From NCBI GenBank assembly GCA_965112735.1, contig OZ218959.1:2728001-2792000 (forward strand): a DNA stretch of 64,000 nucleotides, in the 5' to 3' direction. Under the pieces are notes generated by a model. It made no database searches, was not told where the DNA came from, and was given only the letters and a program-made list of their open reading frames with translations. This stretch comes from Phaeosaccion multiseriatum. Its lineage: Eukaryota > Protista > Ochrophyta, other classes. Positions 27,441 through 39,412 of the stretch are shown piece after piece (positions within the stretch are counted from its first letter, which is position 1; every line of letters begins with the position of its first letter). A program made the translations under genes and the position numbers.

Positions 27441-28152
27441 CCTTCGACGAGGGACACTAAGTTAGCAGGCAAGGAGAGTACAATAGAGGGAGCCTCCGAG
27501 ACAAATAAAGGTGATCCAGCCAGTTTCAGTTCAATTACTTTGAAGGGAAGGAGCGTTCTCACTGTCATTGTGCTCCTTCACTCAGGGCTATCTTGCAAGG
27601 GGTGTTCGCAGGCATTCAACGTACTCGATTGGGAAATCTGGGAAGGGGGGGGGGATCAGGAGCAATGTCTCTAAAGTGAGCGTGTCTTCACACCCCGAGA
27701 TCTTCCCTTAAAAGAATACAAGCGTTTTTGGCATCACACACACACCTCCCACCAGGCAGGGCTTGAATAAATGTTGGGATATTGGGCCTTTGCTGTGGCC
27801 CACGCTACGCTACCATTGGCACCCCAGACCGGCCTACTGGAGTCCGCCGCTTGGTTGGCTCCTTGCTCAGTAAGTGAGTGAGTGAGTGAGTGAGTGAGTA
27901 AGTGCGTGAGTGCGTGAGTAAGTGCGTGTGTCACTGACGGGGCAACGTATACGAGGTGTGCAGCATGCGCTGAAGTGTGTTGGTGATTATCTATTGAAAT
28001 AAATAAAATCTGCTTCGAAGTGGCAGGAGTTGCTATCAATAGGCAGGGCCGCGTGTACTGTGGGAAGAATATAAATATCCCTGAAGAATACGACGAAACA
28101 CTAGGACTACTTACATCCACCATGCCCCCTCCATGTGGACTCTACTCCATGA

Positions 28153-29188
28153 TCAGAAAGGCATTCCCTCCGCCTTCAGCTGCTCCACCCACTTGGCGCA
28201 TCTCTCCTCCGAAAGCTCCGGCTGATTGTCTTCGTCCAGCGTAAGGCCCAAAAACTTGCCGTCTACCTCAGCCTTACTGTCCTCATGGTTGTAACCGTCA
28301 GTTGGCCACGTACCAATCATCTTGGCACCGCCCTTGCTCAAAGCAGTCCAGATCTCCTCGACGGCATCACAGTAGAAGTCACCGTACGTCTCTTGATCGC
28401 CAAGACCAAAGACTGCAGCAACCTTGCCGTCCAACTTAATGTCGTCAAGTCTGTCATACAGGAACTCATCCACAGCGGTGCCAGACCTATTGTTGTCAAG
28501 TCAAGCATCGAGATATAAGTTAGCACTTCAGCACTGACGTACAGTCTGTGACTTGCGTACATGACTACACCACTCACTCATCCACTCCCTGACTCATCCG
28601 CTCACCCAGTCACTAACCTATAGTCCTCGCAATCTGTGTTCCATGTTGGCGCCCCGATGATGACGCCGTCGAGGGCTTGGATCTCGTCATTTGTCTTGTC
28701 TTCGATATCGAAAGCTTCCAGCCCGCAAAGCTTGGCAATCTGGTCTGCACAGGAGGCAGTGTTGCCACCCTGCGAGTCATTGAGCGAATGGAAGAGTGTG
28801 CGAATGAATGTGAGCTTTGGGAGAAGCAGTGAACTCCTAGATACGAAAGGGGCGCGTTTCAATCCACAACTGCTCGCGCCTCTTGGCTGTGTCCGACTGG
28901 CAATGATGACAGACCAACAGTCGATGCATGTTAAGGACAGCTCACTGATACAAGAAGGGGGGGGGTATTAGTTCTATCTTCTCTGGAGAAGTTTGCTCTC
29001 CTTATCACCTGCGTTGAGTACAGAACGGCTGTCTTCATGCACAGTGCCGTTCTCGCGTGGTGTCGAGATGCCGGTCTTGCGGGTGTTGCGTGCTGTAGTT
29101 TGCCAAGGCCTCGCGGCGATGTAACGAAGGCGCTGCCAAGCCCAAACCAGAGGGGCAACAGCAAAACGTTCTTCATGGCAGCAACCAT
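28153..29188 (-). CDS. fldA: Long-chain flavodoxin, plastid-targeted. Exons 29188-29009, 28769-28618, 28486-28153
   Basis: Spliced product has YSTQGGNT, GVIIGAPTWNT..RSGT, GKVAAVFGLGDQETYGDFYCDA and KFLGLTLDEDNQPELSEERCAKWVEQL. Signal peptide ending GSA-F, followed by a transit peptide. Confidence 0.95.
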
Positions 29189-29339
29189 TATCAGTTGAGT
29201 GACTGTGCGAGGAATGGAGTTGAGAAGAACGCTGCAGCTACTGTGGCCTTGATGCGTCGACGATATAATGATACAGGTGGTTGTGAGCGTTGAGTAGTGG
29301 TGGTGTGACATATACTGGCATGTGGCACCTTTTGAGGGC

Positions 29340-29347
29340 GCACGTGC
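29340..29347. promoter_or_regulatory. GCACGTGC palindrome (G/E-box) ~150 bp upstream of the flavodoxin ATG; candidate low-iron response element
   Basis: Palindrome seen directly; a second CACGTG at ~29629 and a GCACGCGTGC palindrome at ~29392. CACGTG-core motifs are reported for diatom low-iron genes (recalled, verify). Confidence 0.4.
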
Positions 29348-30073
29348 AAGCGCGCCGCAATCGAATGAAGATATTCTGGGGATACGATTAGGCACGCGTG
29401 CGGCTTGCCGTTACAGTTTCAGTTTGCGCTTTAAAGGGCCCCCTACACACTTCACTTCCAGTTTCAGGTTTTGAAGCCACACACGATCCACGCGCACACC
29501 CACACACCCACAACACCCACACATACACACGCTACTTTCCCTTTAAAATGGAGCCCTTGCCTTGCGTCGAGACAAGACGTGTGCATAGCTCCCTACCCAG
29601 GAATTGAGTGTTTTCATAAGCAAGTGACCACGTGAGCTGAGGGTCCCGCTACATGCGTTCTGGCTCCCCATGGTATACATACATGTACATAGTGACCCTC
29701 TAATTCCTTGGGGGAAAAAGATATCCTCTACTTCTCTCCTCGCCAGCCCCAAGGTCCTCGACATGGAGCCTCCACAAGACTCGTAAGAGGACCCGTACAA
29801 TCATTTTTTTTTAAGGTTGGCAGTACTTCTCTCTCTCTCTCTGTCTCTGTTGATCAACACTCTCATCCCACTCAGCTCTCTCTCTCGATGTCGATCAAAA
29901 CCCCAAACCCGTATCCGACCACTTTCCCTCCACACAAGACCAGCAGAGCGCGACCTCACTTCAGATCCATGCATTCACGCTCACTGTGCATTGCGGTCCC
30001 AAACAAGCTGTGCGGCCTCCTAAATTCAACAAACCTTCATCGAAGTGCTGGCATCCACGGAAGGGCCCCCTGG

Positions 30074-31027
30074 CTAGGGGCAGTTGCAGGGGTGCCCATT
30101 GGCATGCACCCACTGCTTCATCTCCTCTACAGCAGCGGGATCCATTTGCCAGTGATCCCCGTAGAAGGTCTTGACGTACTGCGGGCACGCCAAACTGTTC
30201 CAGGGACACATGACCTCCTCCGATCGAAGCCACTTCAGCACAAAGAGGCTCTTGCCGTGCTTCACCGCGCAGGAGCAGACTCTCTTGTTCCAGCTGCACA
30301 ACCCTACGGCGCTCGTGCGCAGCCATTGCAGTACTTCGAGGTTGCCTTCCTGGGCCGCACACTCAGGCCCTGCCCTCCATTGGCTGCCTTCCGGTGCCGC
30401 CTCCATTTCTGCTTTGACCCGGGGATGCTGCGCAAGCATCTCGAGTACATGAATGCGCCCGGCCCGCACAGCTTGTAGCCACAGGCTTCCGTCTAGAGGG
30501 TAGCCCTGCGCATCAGAGAGCAGCCACTCCAAAATCTCTTTATGCCCGTAGCGAACAGCTTCAATTCCCATCCCATACTTAGACCACGGGGACATGCCGA
30601 ACTTGGACCACGGGCACTTCTTCTTGTCCGGGAGGTCCTCGGACCGCAGCCACTTGAGAATGCGCAGCCCATGCCTGGTATTCCTTGCAGCGGCCGCACA
30701 CACCGTTCTGGCCCAAGGGCAGTCCAGGCGGTGAAGCTCCTCAACGACGCTCAATTCTTCTCCGGACTCTGCTGCTGCCTCAAACGTCTCAACACTCGGC
30801 TCATACCCACACTCCTTCGCCCAACGCAAGCGCTCAACAGACTCCACTACGCTCGAGTGCGTAGTGCCGTTTGAACGGTTGGTCTGGTAGTGGTCCTTCC
30901 ACTCGGTGCAGACGCCGGCGAGAAAGACATAATGGCCTTCCCCCACAAAAAATAGGATCCTTCGGATGACGTCCACAGACAAGGCCTTGGCACATGCCAC
31001 GTAGCCCTCGGCCGGTATGGAGCCCAT
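30074..31027 (-). CDS. Intronless F-box-like plus degenerate ankyrin-repeat (CPW..CAAAA..GHL.VL.WLR type) protein
   Basis: N-terminal DVIRRILFFVGEGHYVFLAGVCTEW and repeats such as CPWARTVCAAAARN..LRILKWLR and AAQEGNLEVLQWLR; ends WVHANGHP. Confidence 0.85.
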   Translation of the reverse strand: MGSIPAEGYVACAKALSVDVIRRILFFVGEGHYVFLAGVCTEWKDHYQTNRSNGTTHSSVVESVERLRWAKECGYEPSVETFEAAAESGEELSVVEELHRLDCPWARTVCAAAARNTRHGLRILKWLRSEDLPDKKKCPWSKFGMSPWSKYGMGIEAVRYGHKEILEWLLSDAQGYPLDGSLWLQAVRAGRIHVLEMLAQHPRVKAEMEAAPEGSQWRAGPECAAQEGNLEVLQWLRTSAVGLCSWNKRVCSCAVKHGKSLFVLKWLRSEEVMCPWNSLACPQYVKTFYGDHWQMDPAAVEEMKQWVHANGHPCNCP

Positions 31028-31209
31028 AGCAGAGTAGGGCAGAGAGAGCAGCGCAGAGGGGATTATGTAGCGCAGAGGTGGGGGCCGAGCGAGCGAGAGT
31101 GTCTGGGCGCGACAGTGGGTCACAGGTGGCAGGCACGATAACCACCAACAGGCCGTTCACTTCTGTTGGTAAAGACGCAAGTACAAGAGTGAAGCAGCAG
31201 CCATCGCCC

Positions 31210-33036
31210 ATGAGTCTTGGGGATATTATTGAGGTTGGACTGCCGGGCACAGATGTCGAGATCCACAGCAGTGCCGGGCAGGAGGGGAGGGGAATATATC
31301 AAAGGCAGGTGGACAGGAGAGCGAAGGGAGATGCCGCTGCAGCAGTAATGGCGGCAGCAGCAGCAGGAGGAGGAGCCGGAAGGGCAAAGGGGTTAGAAGG
31401 AGAGACAGCACCCGCTGCGGAACCCCAAACGGTGCTGCCAGAGGGCAGTGAAGAAGCTTCCGCAGCAGCTGCAGAGGCAGTGAGGCTGAAGGAAAAGGGC
31501 AACAGCTTGTTCAAGGCAGCAGACTACGTTGGAGCTCATGCGCACTACTCCGAGGCTATCCGACTCGACCCAAGCAACTTCGCCCTCTTTGGGAACAGGG
31601 CTATGTGCTCGTCTAGGTTAGTAAACGGTACCGACAGATGGAGGGGTCTTTCTATCAACCATCGTGTAACTATAGCATAGAGACAAGTTGGTGGATCCCC
31701 CGACGTTCTCATGCTACCCCTGACTGTGTGCAGTAAATTCCACACCTATCGTCATTGCGGAGAGTCTCCCTAATTCTCTCCACCTCACTCACTCACTTCC
31801 CCACCCACCCACGCTCTCATCAGGCTGGAACAGTGGGACGAAGCGGAGAAAGATGCTCGCCGAGCCATCAGCCTCAATGCCTCCTACCTCAAGGGATATC
31901 ACAGGTAGGGCCGGCTACACCCCCCGCGGACGAGCATGCATCTATATCTACCATGTCAAGCGTAGTGACTCATGTCACCGTCCATTATTGCTCCCTTGAC
32001 GGGGGGGGGGGGAGAGCCTGGGAGGTGGGCAGGAGGAGAGGCGCCTTGCAGTACAGGAGGCCGATTTTACCCCCTCCATCCCTATTCACGCACGCACGCA
32101 CGCACACACACACACACACACACAGGCTTGCTCAGGCTCTGATCGAGCAGCCCGGGCGGGGCAAAGCGGAGGAGGCGCGGGCAGTGGCACAAGAGGGCCT
32201 GCAGCAATGCTTAACAGATAGAGGGGGGGGGAGGGAGGGGTCGCAAGAGCCGGTGGTAGCGCGTCAGGAGCTTACAGGCGGGCGCAGTAGCGGCAGTAGC
32301 TGCAGTAGTAGTAGTAGTGGTGGTAGTGGCAGCGGTAGTACTAGTAGTAGTGGAAGTGGTGGTATGACATGCACTGGTGCTGGCGCCGTCGCGGCCGAGA
32401 AAGAGCTTCGGGAGCTGCTGCATAGGGCCGAGAGAAAGCTCTCTGGGAAGGAGGAGGGAGGGGGAGGAGCAGGAGTAGAGACAGCAGCAGCAGTCGAACG
32501 GCACGCCAAGAGAAGGCCCAAGACAGTCACCTCTGGGGCTCTACAAGGGCTCTACGACGACAAGCCGGAAACCATTGGAACTGCAGGTGCCGGCGAGGGT
32601 CTGCGGAGAGAGGCGCAGGTCAGCATCAGCATCAAAGAGGCTTATCGACATGAAGCGCGCCACCTGTTGAGCTTTGTCTATCTTGTCTCAGCCTTTCCGC
32701 GCCATGTACCACCACCACTGCCGCAGCCCTCCCCACCCATCTCTTCTCGGCTGTACCCACCAGAGCTTCTCCTCTCCACCTACCCGCTCACTCACCCACC
32801 TACCTACCCATCCCCACATCCACCCCCCCTCACGCTCTCTCCGCTGTATGCATGCCCTCTCCCCACCCCCCCCCCTCCTCCTCCTCCTCCCCGTACTCGT
32901 GCTCGCATGCCATGTTGTGGTGTGGGAAGGCTCTGCTGCGAAAGCTCAAAGAGAGCGCCACTGGAGGAGGGGCCTTTGGTGCGAGCAGCCAACATGTCCT
33001 CGATGGGGTCTTCTCCAAAATGCTCAACAGGTGTGT

Positions 33037-33133
<97 letters not shown>

Positions 33134-35595
33134 TGTGTGTGTATTTGTGTGTGTGTGTGTGTATGTATGTGTGTGTGTGTGTGTGTGTATTTGTGTGTGT
33201 TTGTGTGTGTGTGGCCTCTGTTTGAGGTCCATGTCTTGCCTTCGAGCGACAGCGCGGCACGGCACGCTCAGCGCGGCTGTGCTTCCTTTTGCTTTCCCGC
33301 ATGTCACGCCCCGGTCCGCCCTTCACCTTGCTGACAGTAACCCCACGGCCTTCCATCGCATCTTGTTGCCTCCCTCCCCTCCCCTCTCTTTTCTCCTTCT
33401 TTCCTCTGTCTCCCTCTCCGTATCTCCTTCTCCCTCTGTGTGTTTGCGCGCCTCACCTCGCAGGGAGTACTTTCGGAAGACGATCTTCCCCGGTCTGTCC
33501 AGCGAACATCTTCAGGGGGCTCCACAGAGCTTCCAGGTGTGAGGCAGGGAAGGAGGGAGGGGGAGGGGGAGGGAGGGAGAAGGAAATGGGAGTGAGGGAA
33601 GTATGAGTTTTTTTTGTTCTTACTTCTGTCTCCCTCTCCCTCCGCCTCTCTTTTCTCCCTCTCCTCTCTCTTTCCTCTTTCTCTCCTCTCCTCTCCTCTC
33701 CTCTCCTCTCCTCTCCTCCCCCCCCCCTTCCCCCCTTCCCTCTCTCCTCTCTCCTCTCTCTCTCTCTCTCAGGCCCTCTTGCAGGACCCCATGTACTGTG
33801 GCGATCTGAGCGCTACGGTGGACAAGGCTCTGGCCAAGGCTGACAGCGTACTATCCAGCGTTAAAGCGAAGGGCGCTGCTGTGTGAGTGAGGAGAGAGAA
33901 AGGAGGATACACAAGAGAGTGAGAGGCCTTTTCTTGGTTCGCTCCTTACTGCTTGATGCCGGTCCCATCTCCCCAAAGGTCCAAATGTCTCATCTCTCTG
34001 TCTGTACGTACTTGCCTGCTCTGTGCTGTAACTCTTACGTACGTACCCTCACCTTATCCTCCTCCTCCTCCTCCTCCTCCTCCTCCTCCTCCTCCTCCTC
34101 CTCCTCCTCCTCCCCTCGCCCCAGGGGGGACATCATGGATGCCCAGACCGAGGAGACGCTCAAGCCCCAAGTGTTGCAGGAGGCATTTGCCCGAGAGGTG
34201 GTGGCAATGGTCCGTGCCATCCACGCACGCTCACGAGCCCTCGCGGCCCTTGAGCAAGGTAGACTCGCGGACCCTCAAGCGGAGGAGGCCACCTGGGAGC
34301 AGCTGGACGAGGTGGTGCTCCATCAATTGCAGCTGCCATCAGCGCATTGCACTGGTCAAGAGAAGCAGCAGCAGCAGCAGCAGCAGCAGGAGGAGGAGGA
34401 AGAAGAGAAGAAGGGCTACGCAATTCAAGATGGCTTCTTGGGTGCGGAGTGGCTGCCCCTGCTGCTGGAGAACTGCGAGCGTATGAGCAGGGACGGAGTG
34501 ATGCAGGCGGTGCCGGAGCGGGGAGGGGACGGGCTGGATGGCAGGATGGGCGAGATGGCGTGGTTGGAGAAGGTGAGAGAGAGAGATAAGAGAAAGAGAG
34601 AGAGAGAGAGAGCTCTGTCTACTGGGACAGAAACATGAGAGGATATGGAGGGCATGGTGTGTGTGTGGATATATATATATATGTGTGTGTGTGTATGTGT
34701 GTGTATGTGTGTATGTGTGTGTATGTTCTGCTGCTTACACACTCGTGCTTCTGTTCCCTATCCAACCCCCCCCCCCCTCCTTCTCCTGCCCCTCCCCATC
34801 TACTGCCATCCTCCCCCTCCCCCCGGCCTGCTGATGGACAGGAGGCCGCTAGCGAGGCCTACCCGGCTTTGACGGAGCTGCTCACCAATCTCCACGCCCT
34901 TCCACACGAGCTCAACGCGGAGCTGCGCCCCTCCCTGGGCCTGTGTGTGCCGCTACAAGGCTCTTGCATGCTGCACAAGCTTCGCAAGGGAGACGCGCTG
35001 CCACCGAGGCTAGACAGGTGGGTGGCCTGTTATTGACTTACTTACAGGAATAATCCTAAGAAATACGTATGTGTGTGGGCTAGACAGGTGGGTAGGCTGG
35101 AAGAGAAGATAAGAGCAAATGATCGCGCTTCCTCTCCTTCATTTCGCCTGACCGTCGTTTTCACCCCCCTTGTGCCACCTGCCACCTCCGTTCCTTCCTT
35201 TCCCTTGACCTCCCTTCCCTTGCCTCCCTACACCCCTCCTTTTCGTCCTATGTGATGCGCCTGTGCTGCCATCGGCTGCCATCGTCATCGTTCGTTGTCT
35301 TTTCCTGGGTGTGGTATATACACAGCCAAGTCGGCGAGCAGGCGACGGGTTACCGAATCACCGCAGTGTACTTCATTGGGGGAGAGGACGGGGAGGGATG
35401 GGGAGAGGAGGCGGGGGGGGAAATCAGGCTCACACCCCTTTCTTCACTCTCCACTAGTGCTTCGACTGCTGCTGGTGATGGAGGCGGGGGTGGGGGAAGT
35501 GGTGATGGTAAAGCATCGGCTAGCGCTAAGGTATTGCCCGACGAATCGGTAGGGGGTACGAAGGAGGGAGAGGCAGAGAGAGCAGCAACAGCGGT

Positions 35596-35630
<35 letters not shown>

Positions 35631-35953
35631 CAACAGCAACAACAGCAAGAGGAGGAGGAGGAGCAGCAGGAACAGCAGGAGATGGTGAAGCTGGAGAGGG
35701 GGTAGTCGATTCAGATACCGCAGCAGTAGAGTCGCCTCAAGCAAAGACCCCGACACCTCTGACCGAGGAGAGGACCAGCAAGGCCGTCCTGAAACCTCTG
35801 AGCAAGGCCCAGGCCACCCCTGTGCTGGTGGACCCCATCCCCGACCGCTTGCTCCTCTTCCAGAGCGCAGCCCTGCTCAACGAGAGGCTCGCACTCACAG
35901 GCCCTGTCAGTCAGTGGGCGCTCGTGTTTTGGATGCATGGGCAGTCGCTGTAG
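31210..35953 (+). CDS. TPR-domain protein fused to a degenerate EGLN/PHD-type prolyl-4-hydroxylase-like (2OG-Fe(II) oxygenase) domain; about 9 exons
   Basis: TPR motifs LKEKGNSLFKAADY..HYSEAIRLDPSNFALFGNRA and AEKDARRAISLNASYLKGYHRLA. C-terminal GYAIQDGFLG...GYRITAVYFIG..W..GGEIRL...VDPIPDRLLLFQS..WALVFWMHG. Confidence 0.8.
33031..33213. repeat. (GT)n microsatellite starting at an intron donor
   Basis: Directly visible. Confidence 0.95.
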
Positions 35954-37009
35954 CTTAATAGAGAGCATTCACTTAACAAGCGGTGGACAGACGTGAGGCG
36001 CAAGACTGTCTGTTACTTGGCACACGGCAAGGCAAGGCAAGGCAAGGCAAAGGGCAAGGGAAGGGAAGGGAGGGGCCGAGACGACCGGCCACTGATAGTT
36101 TCGCCAGGCCCTTCCATTGTTTGTTTTTCTCTTTGTGTGTTGGTGGATTCGATTACGTAATAAACATGTGATTAAAATGTGTTCTCGCCTTCCCTGCTGC
36201 GTATCGTAGATGCGATTTTGCTGCTACCTCACTCTCAGCGCGTATCTCCACACCTCTTCCTTCCTTCCTTCGTTCCTTCGTCCCTGCCAACCCAACACCC
36301 CCAAAAATTAAAACAAAAGCAAGCAAGCGAGCAAGCAAGCAAGCCAATGTTCCTCAATCTTACCCATATACCCTCTCCTGCCCCACCCCATCACTCCCCT
36401 CCCGGGCAGTCATGGCCAGTCAGTCAGCCCCACAATGTGAGGTAAGAGAATCGAGAAGCAACACAAGGCACACACACACACGCACACATACACGAACATT
36501 ATACAACGCTCGCTGCCTCGCTCACACCAGAGGAAAAGGGGAAAAATGAAACGCCCCTTTCCCAGCCAGCCGTAGGGCGAGAGACGAACTCCACAACGCC
36601 TCGCTCCCCTCCCTCCCCGCCCACTGTTTCGCTTGGCTTCCGCCGCGTACCTTCACCGCACAGGCCGAGGCAGAGCCTTCAATCGGCCATACACACGGCC
36701 CATCTCATCCTTCTGGTCGTCGCCAATTCTCCCACCAGCATTTCCTCACTTAACCCTCCCATGTGCCCCCCCCCCTACTCCCCCACTGACATTAAAGCAA
36801 AATGGGTCTATACTGGCATTTTCTCCCCCAGCGATGGGGCAAATCGCCCACCCCCCGCCCACCCCCCTTCCTTCCTCCCTCCCTCCCTCCCTCCATGTAC
36901 CACTTGATTGATTATTGCTCTCCATGCCCTCCGCCATGCAGTCCCTTCCCCGCTTCTCCAGGCCCTTGGTCTCTTCTCTTGAACGATTCTCTTCTCACTC
37001 CTCCTTCTG

Positions 37010-37042
<33 letters not shown>

Positions 37043-37795
37043 TGCTGCGGCGGCAGCGGTTGGAGCTTCTTGACAGAAGATCGATCCCGATCTCTTCCCC
37101 TCCCTCTCTTCTACCACCCCCCCCCCCCCCTCCTTTCTCTCTGTCCCCCAGTATGCTCCCTGTCGCCCGCCATCGATGGCCCAACCTCTACCTGCTAACA
37201 GGGCCACGAGGGATGGCAGCAAATGCAAAGAGGCAGCAAGCACGGCAGTAGTGCAGAGTGAGTGCCAGCGAGAAGAAAGGAGAGGCGCGAGGGATGGGTG
37301 TCGGTTAGGGCATCAGATAATGAAATTGAAAATGAAGCAAAGCAGCGGAGGGCCGAGGGGAGGGGGAAACCGCGGCGCATCACCAACATTCGTGGCACCG
37401 AATACAAACAAAAAAAAGCCCCATCCCACCCTTTACATTGACACACACACATATAAGCCCCATCCCACCCTTTACATTGACACACACACATATATATATA
37501 ATATATACAAAGTACGTAGATTCCAAGTGGAAGGAAGGAGGAGACAGAGATGGCACTCTACGGAAAAGAGAGAGAGAGGTGATACGAATGTACCTACCTT
37601 TCGTCAGTCGCACACGCACCCGCACCACCCCTCTGGTGGTAGCAGAGGGGGCGAAGAAGGGGGGGGGAGGCCGAGCGGCGGGCCCGACAACGCGCTGCGG
37701 GCAAAAGTATGCACACCCGCCCGCACACCTACCACCTCCGCCTAGCAACACACACCTACCACCTCCGCCTAGCAACACACCTCTACCACCTCAGC

Positions 37796-39412
37796 TTAGC
37801 AGCAGGAGTTGTCTTCTAAGTCGGCTGAACTCTCCAGACTCACACCTGACTCCCCGTTGACTCTCGCGTTGCCCCCCCCCTCGATCCTCTCCTTAATGGC
37901 AGTGGCGAGGGACGTGAAGGTCTCATCAACGTTGAGGTTGTCCTTGGCGCTTGTCTCCATGTATGGTGTGCCGTACTGAGGTGGGTTGTGTGTGTGTGTG
38001 CGGGGACGGCAGCAGCAAGAGCGGAGCGAGCAAACACGGCAGCGTAGGTAAGTTCTTGTAGTCATACCAACCTCAGAGAAGGAGAAGGAGTAGGAGATAT
38101 GAGGCTGCTGGCATCTTCTTTCCTTTGCACAACCTATCAGCGGGGGGGGAGAGGCCGCCAGGCACATCAAACTAACGCACAAAGTAACGACAGAAGCAGA
38201 CGACACGGAATAGTAGGTAACGCAGTTGCACCGTACGGCAACAGTCACAGAGAGACATAGCGCAAGGCGCCATTTTCCGAAACGCCACTCTGTGCATCGT
38301 CATCATCTTGAGCCCTGTGCGCCTGGCGGGGGCAGGGCAAGGCGAGCACACAAGGAAAAGCCCCCCCCCCCCCTCCCCCGCAACTCAAACCCTCACTCTC
38401 ACTCCACTCCTCTCACCTTTTTTGCCAGCGCCTGCCCCTCCGCCTCGGTGACTTGCCGCTCCGCCACTGGGATATCTGCTTTGTTTCCGCAAATCACCAC
38501 ATTGCAGCCCATCTTTCCTTGCTCTGAAATGTCCCTCATCCACCTCTCCATGGATTCGAAGGACTCCTTGCTGCCAACGTCGTACACAAGGACAAATCCT
38601 TTTGATGCCCAACATCATTTGTTGTTGTGCGCCGTAAGTTTGGCGTCGTTTGTGAGATAAGCCACGGGAGGGACACAAGGACAGAAAAACGGCGAGACAA
38701 GAGGAGATAGCGAGACACACAGTCAGTCAGTCAGCCAGTCAGCCAGCAGTGACACTGAGCAACGTGGGTCTGCAGAGGCACTGAGGCAAGGCAAGCCCCG
38801 TTCCTCCACACAAACATAGCTGACCAGGCAATAGGAGCCCGGAGCCGCCTGCCGGTTGAGGCAGACGCGTGGGGGCCCTGCATGGAGCATCAAGAACAAA
38901 TCTCCTCTCCCATTGCATGGAGGCGGTTAGGGCAGGATACGGTGCCGACTTGACCCCGCTCGTAGTTCACTCGCTCTCCCACATCAAACGGTTCCTTTTC
39001 CCGTTTTCGTGCCGCGACAGGCAAAAGAATAGTCAAAAGAGGGTCGCCTCAGCAGCAGCACACCCTACCACGGCTGCTGGACTTTGTGCGTGTGGGCTTT
39101 CGACACCTGGTGACTCAAGCCTCTTGCATAGACAAAACCCTCCGTGCACTCACCCTCTGCCCTCTTGAAGAATGAAGTGGTGAGACTGTGGAACCTTTCC
39201 TGCCCCGCAGTGTCCCAGATCTGCAACTTCACCTGCCTACCCGTGATATCGAGCAGTCTGTCGGAGTAGTCTACGCCAATGGTGGTGGTGAACTTGGGAT
39301 TGTACCCACGCTTGTCATAACGCAACACCATTGACGTCTTGCCAACGCTACTGTCTCCGACCATGAGGATTCGGATGAGGAGGGGCGGCTCCGAGCTCGC
39401 TGGCGCACTCAT
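37796..39412 (-). CDS. Rab family small GTPase (Rab8/Rab1-related, divergent). Exons 39412-39154, 38598-38417, 37975-37796
   Basis: GDSSVGKT, FTTTIGVDY, WDTAGQERF, GNKAD and ETSAK motifs, plus a C-terminal CC prenylation site. Confidence 0.95.

Larger units (their letters stand above)
22300..27470 (+). repeat. Tandem segmental duplication: copy A ~22300-24850, copy B ~25381-27470
   Basis: Shared gene, 3' flank, TACGTA(C/T)TCGACTACGAAAGCATATATGCAGGGG block and GGGA-tract flanks; each copy lacks a different internal segment. Confidence 0.9.

Noticed and set aside
26801-27674. Long ORFs of PPSL/GGRE repeats (also 52563-53882 read-through and 53709-54339)
   Set aside because: Translations of stop-free microsatellites, not genes.
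35960-37790. Possible small gene between the TPR-oxygenase and Rab stop codons
   Set aside because: No coherent ORF or exon chain; only short tandem duplications (39 bp at ~37417, ~27 bp at ~37723), consistent with 3' UTR or intergenic DNA.
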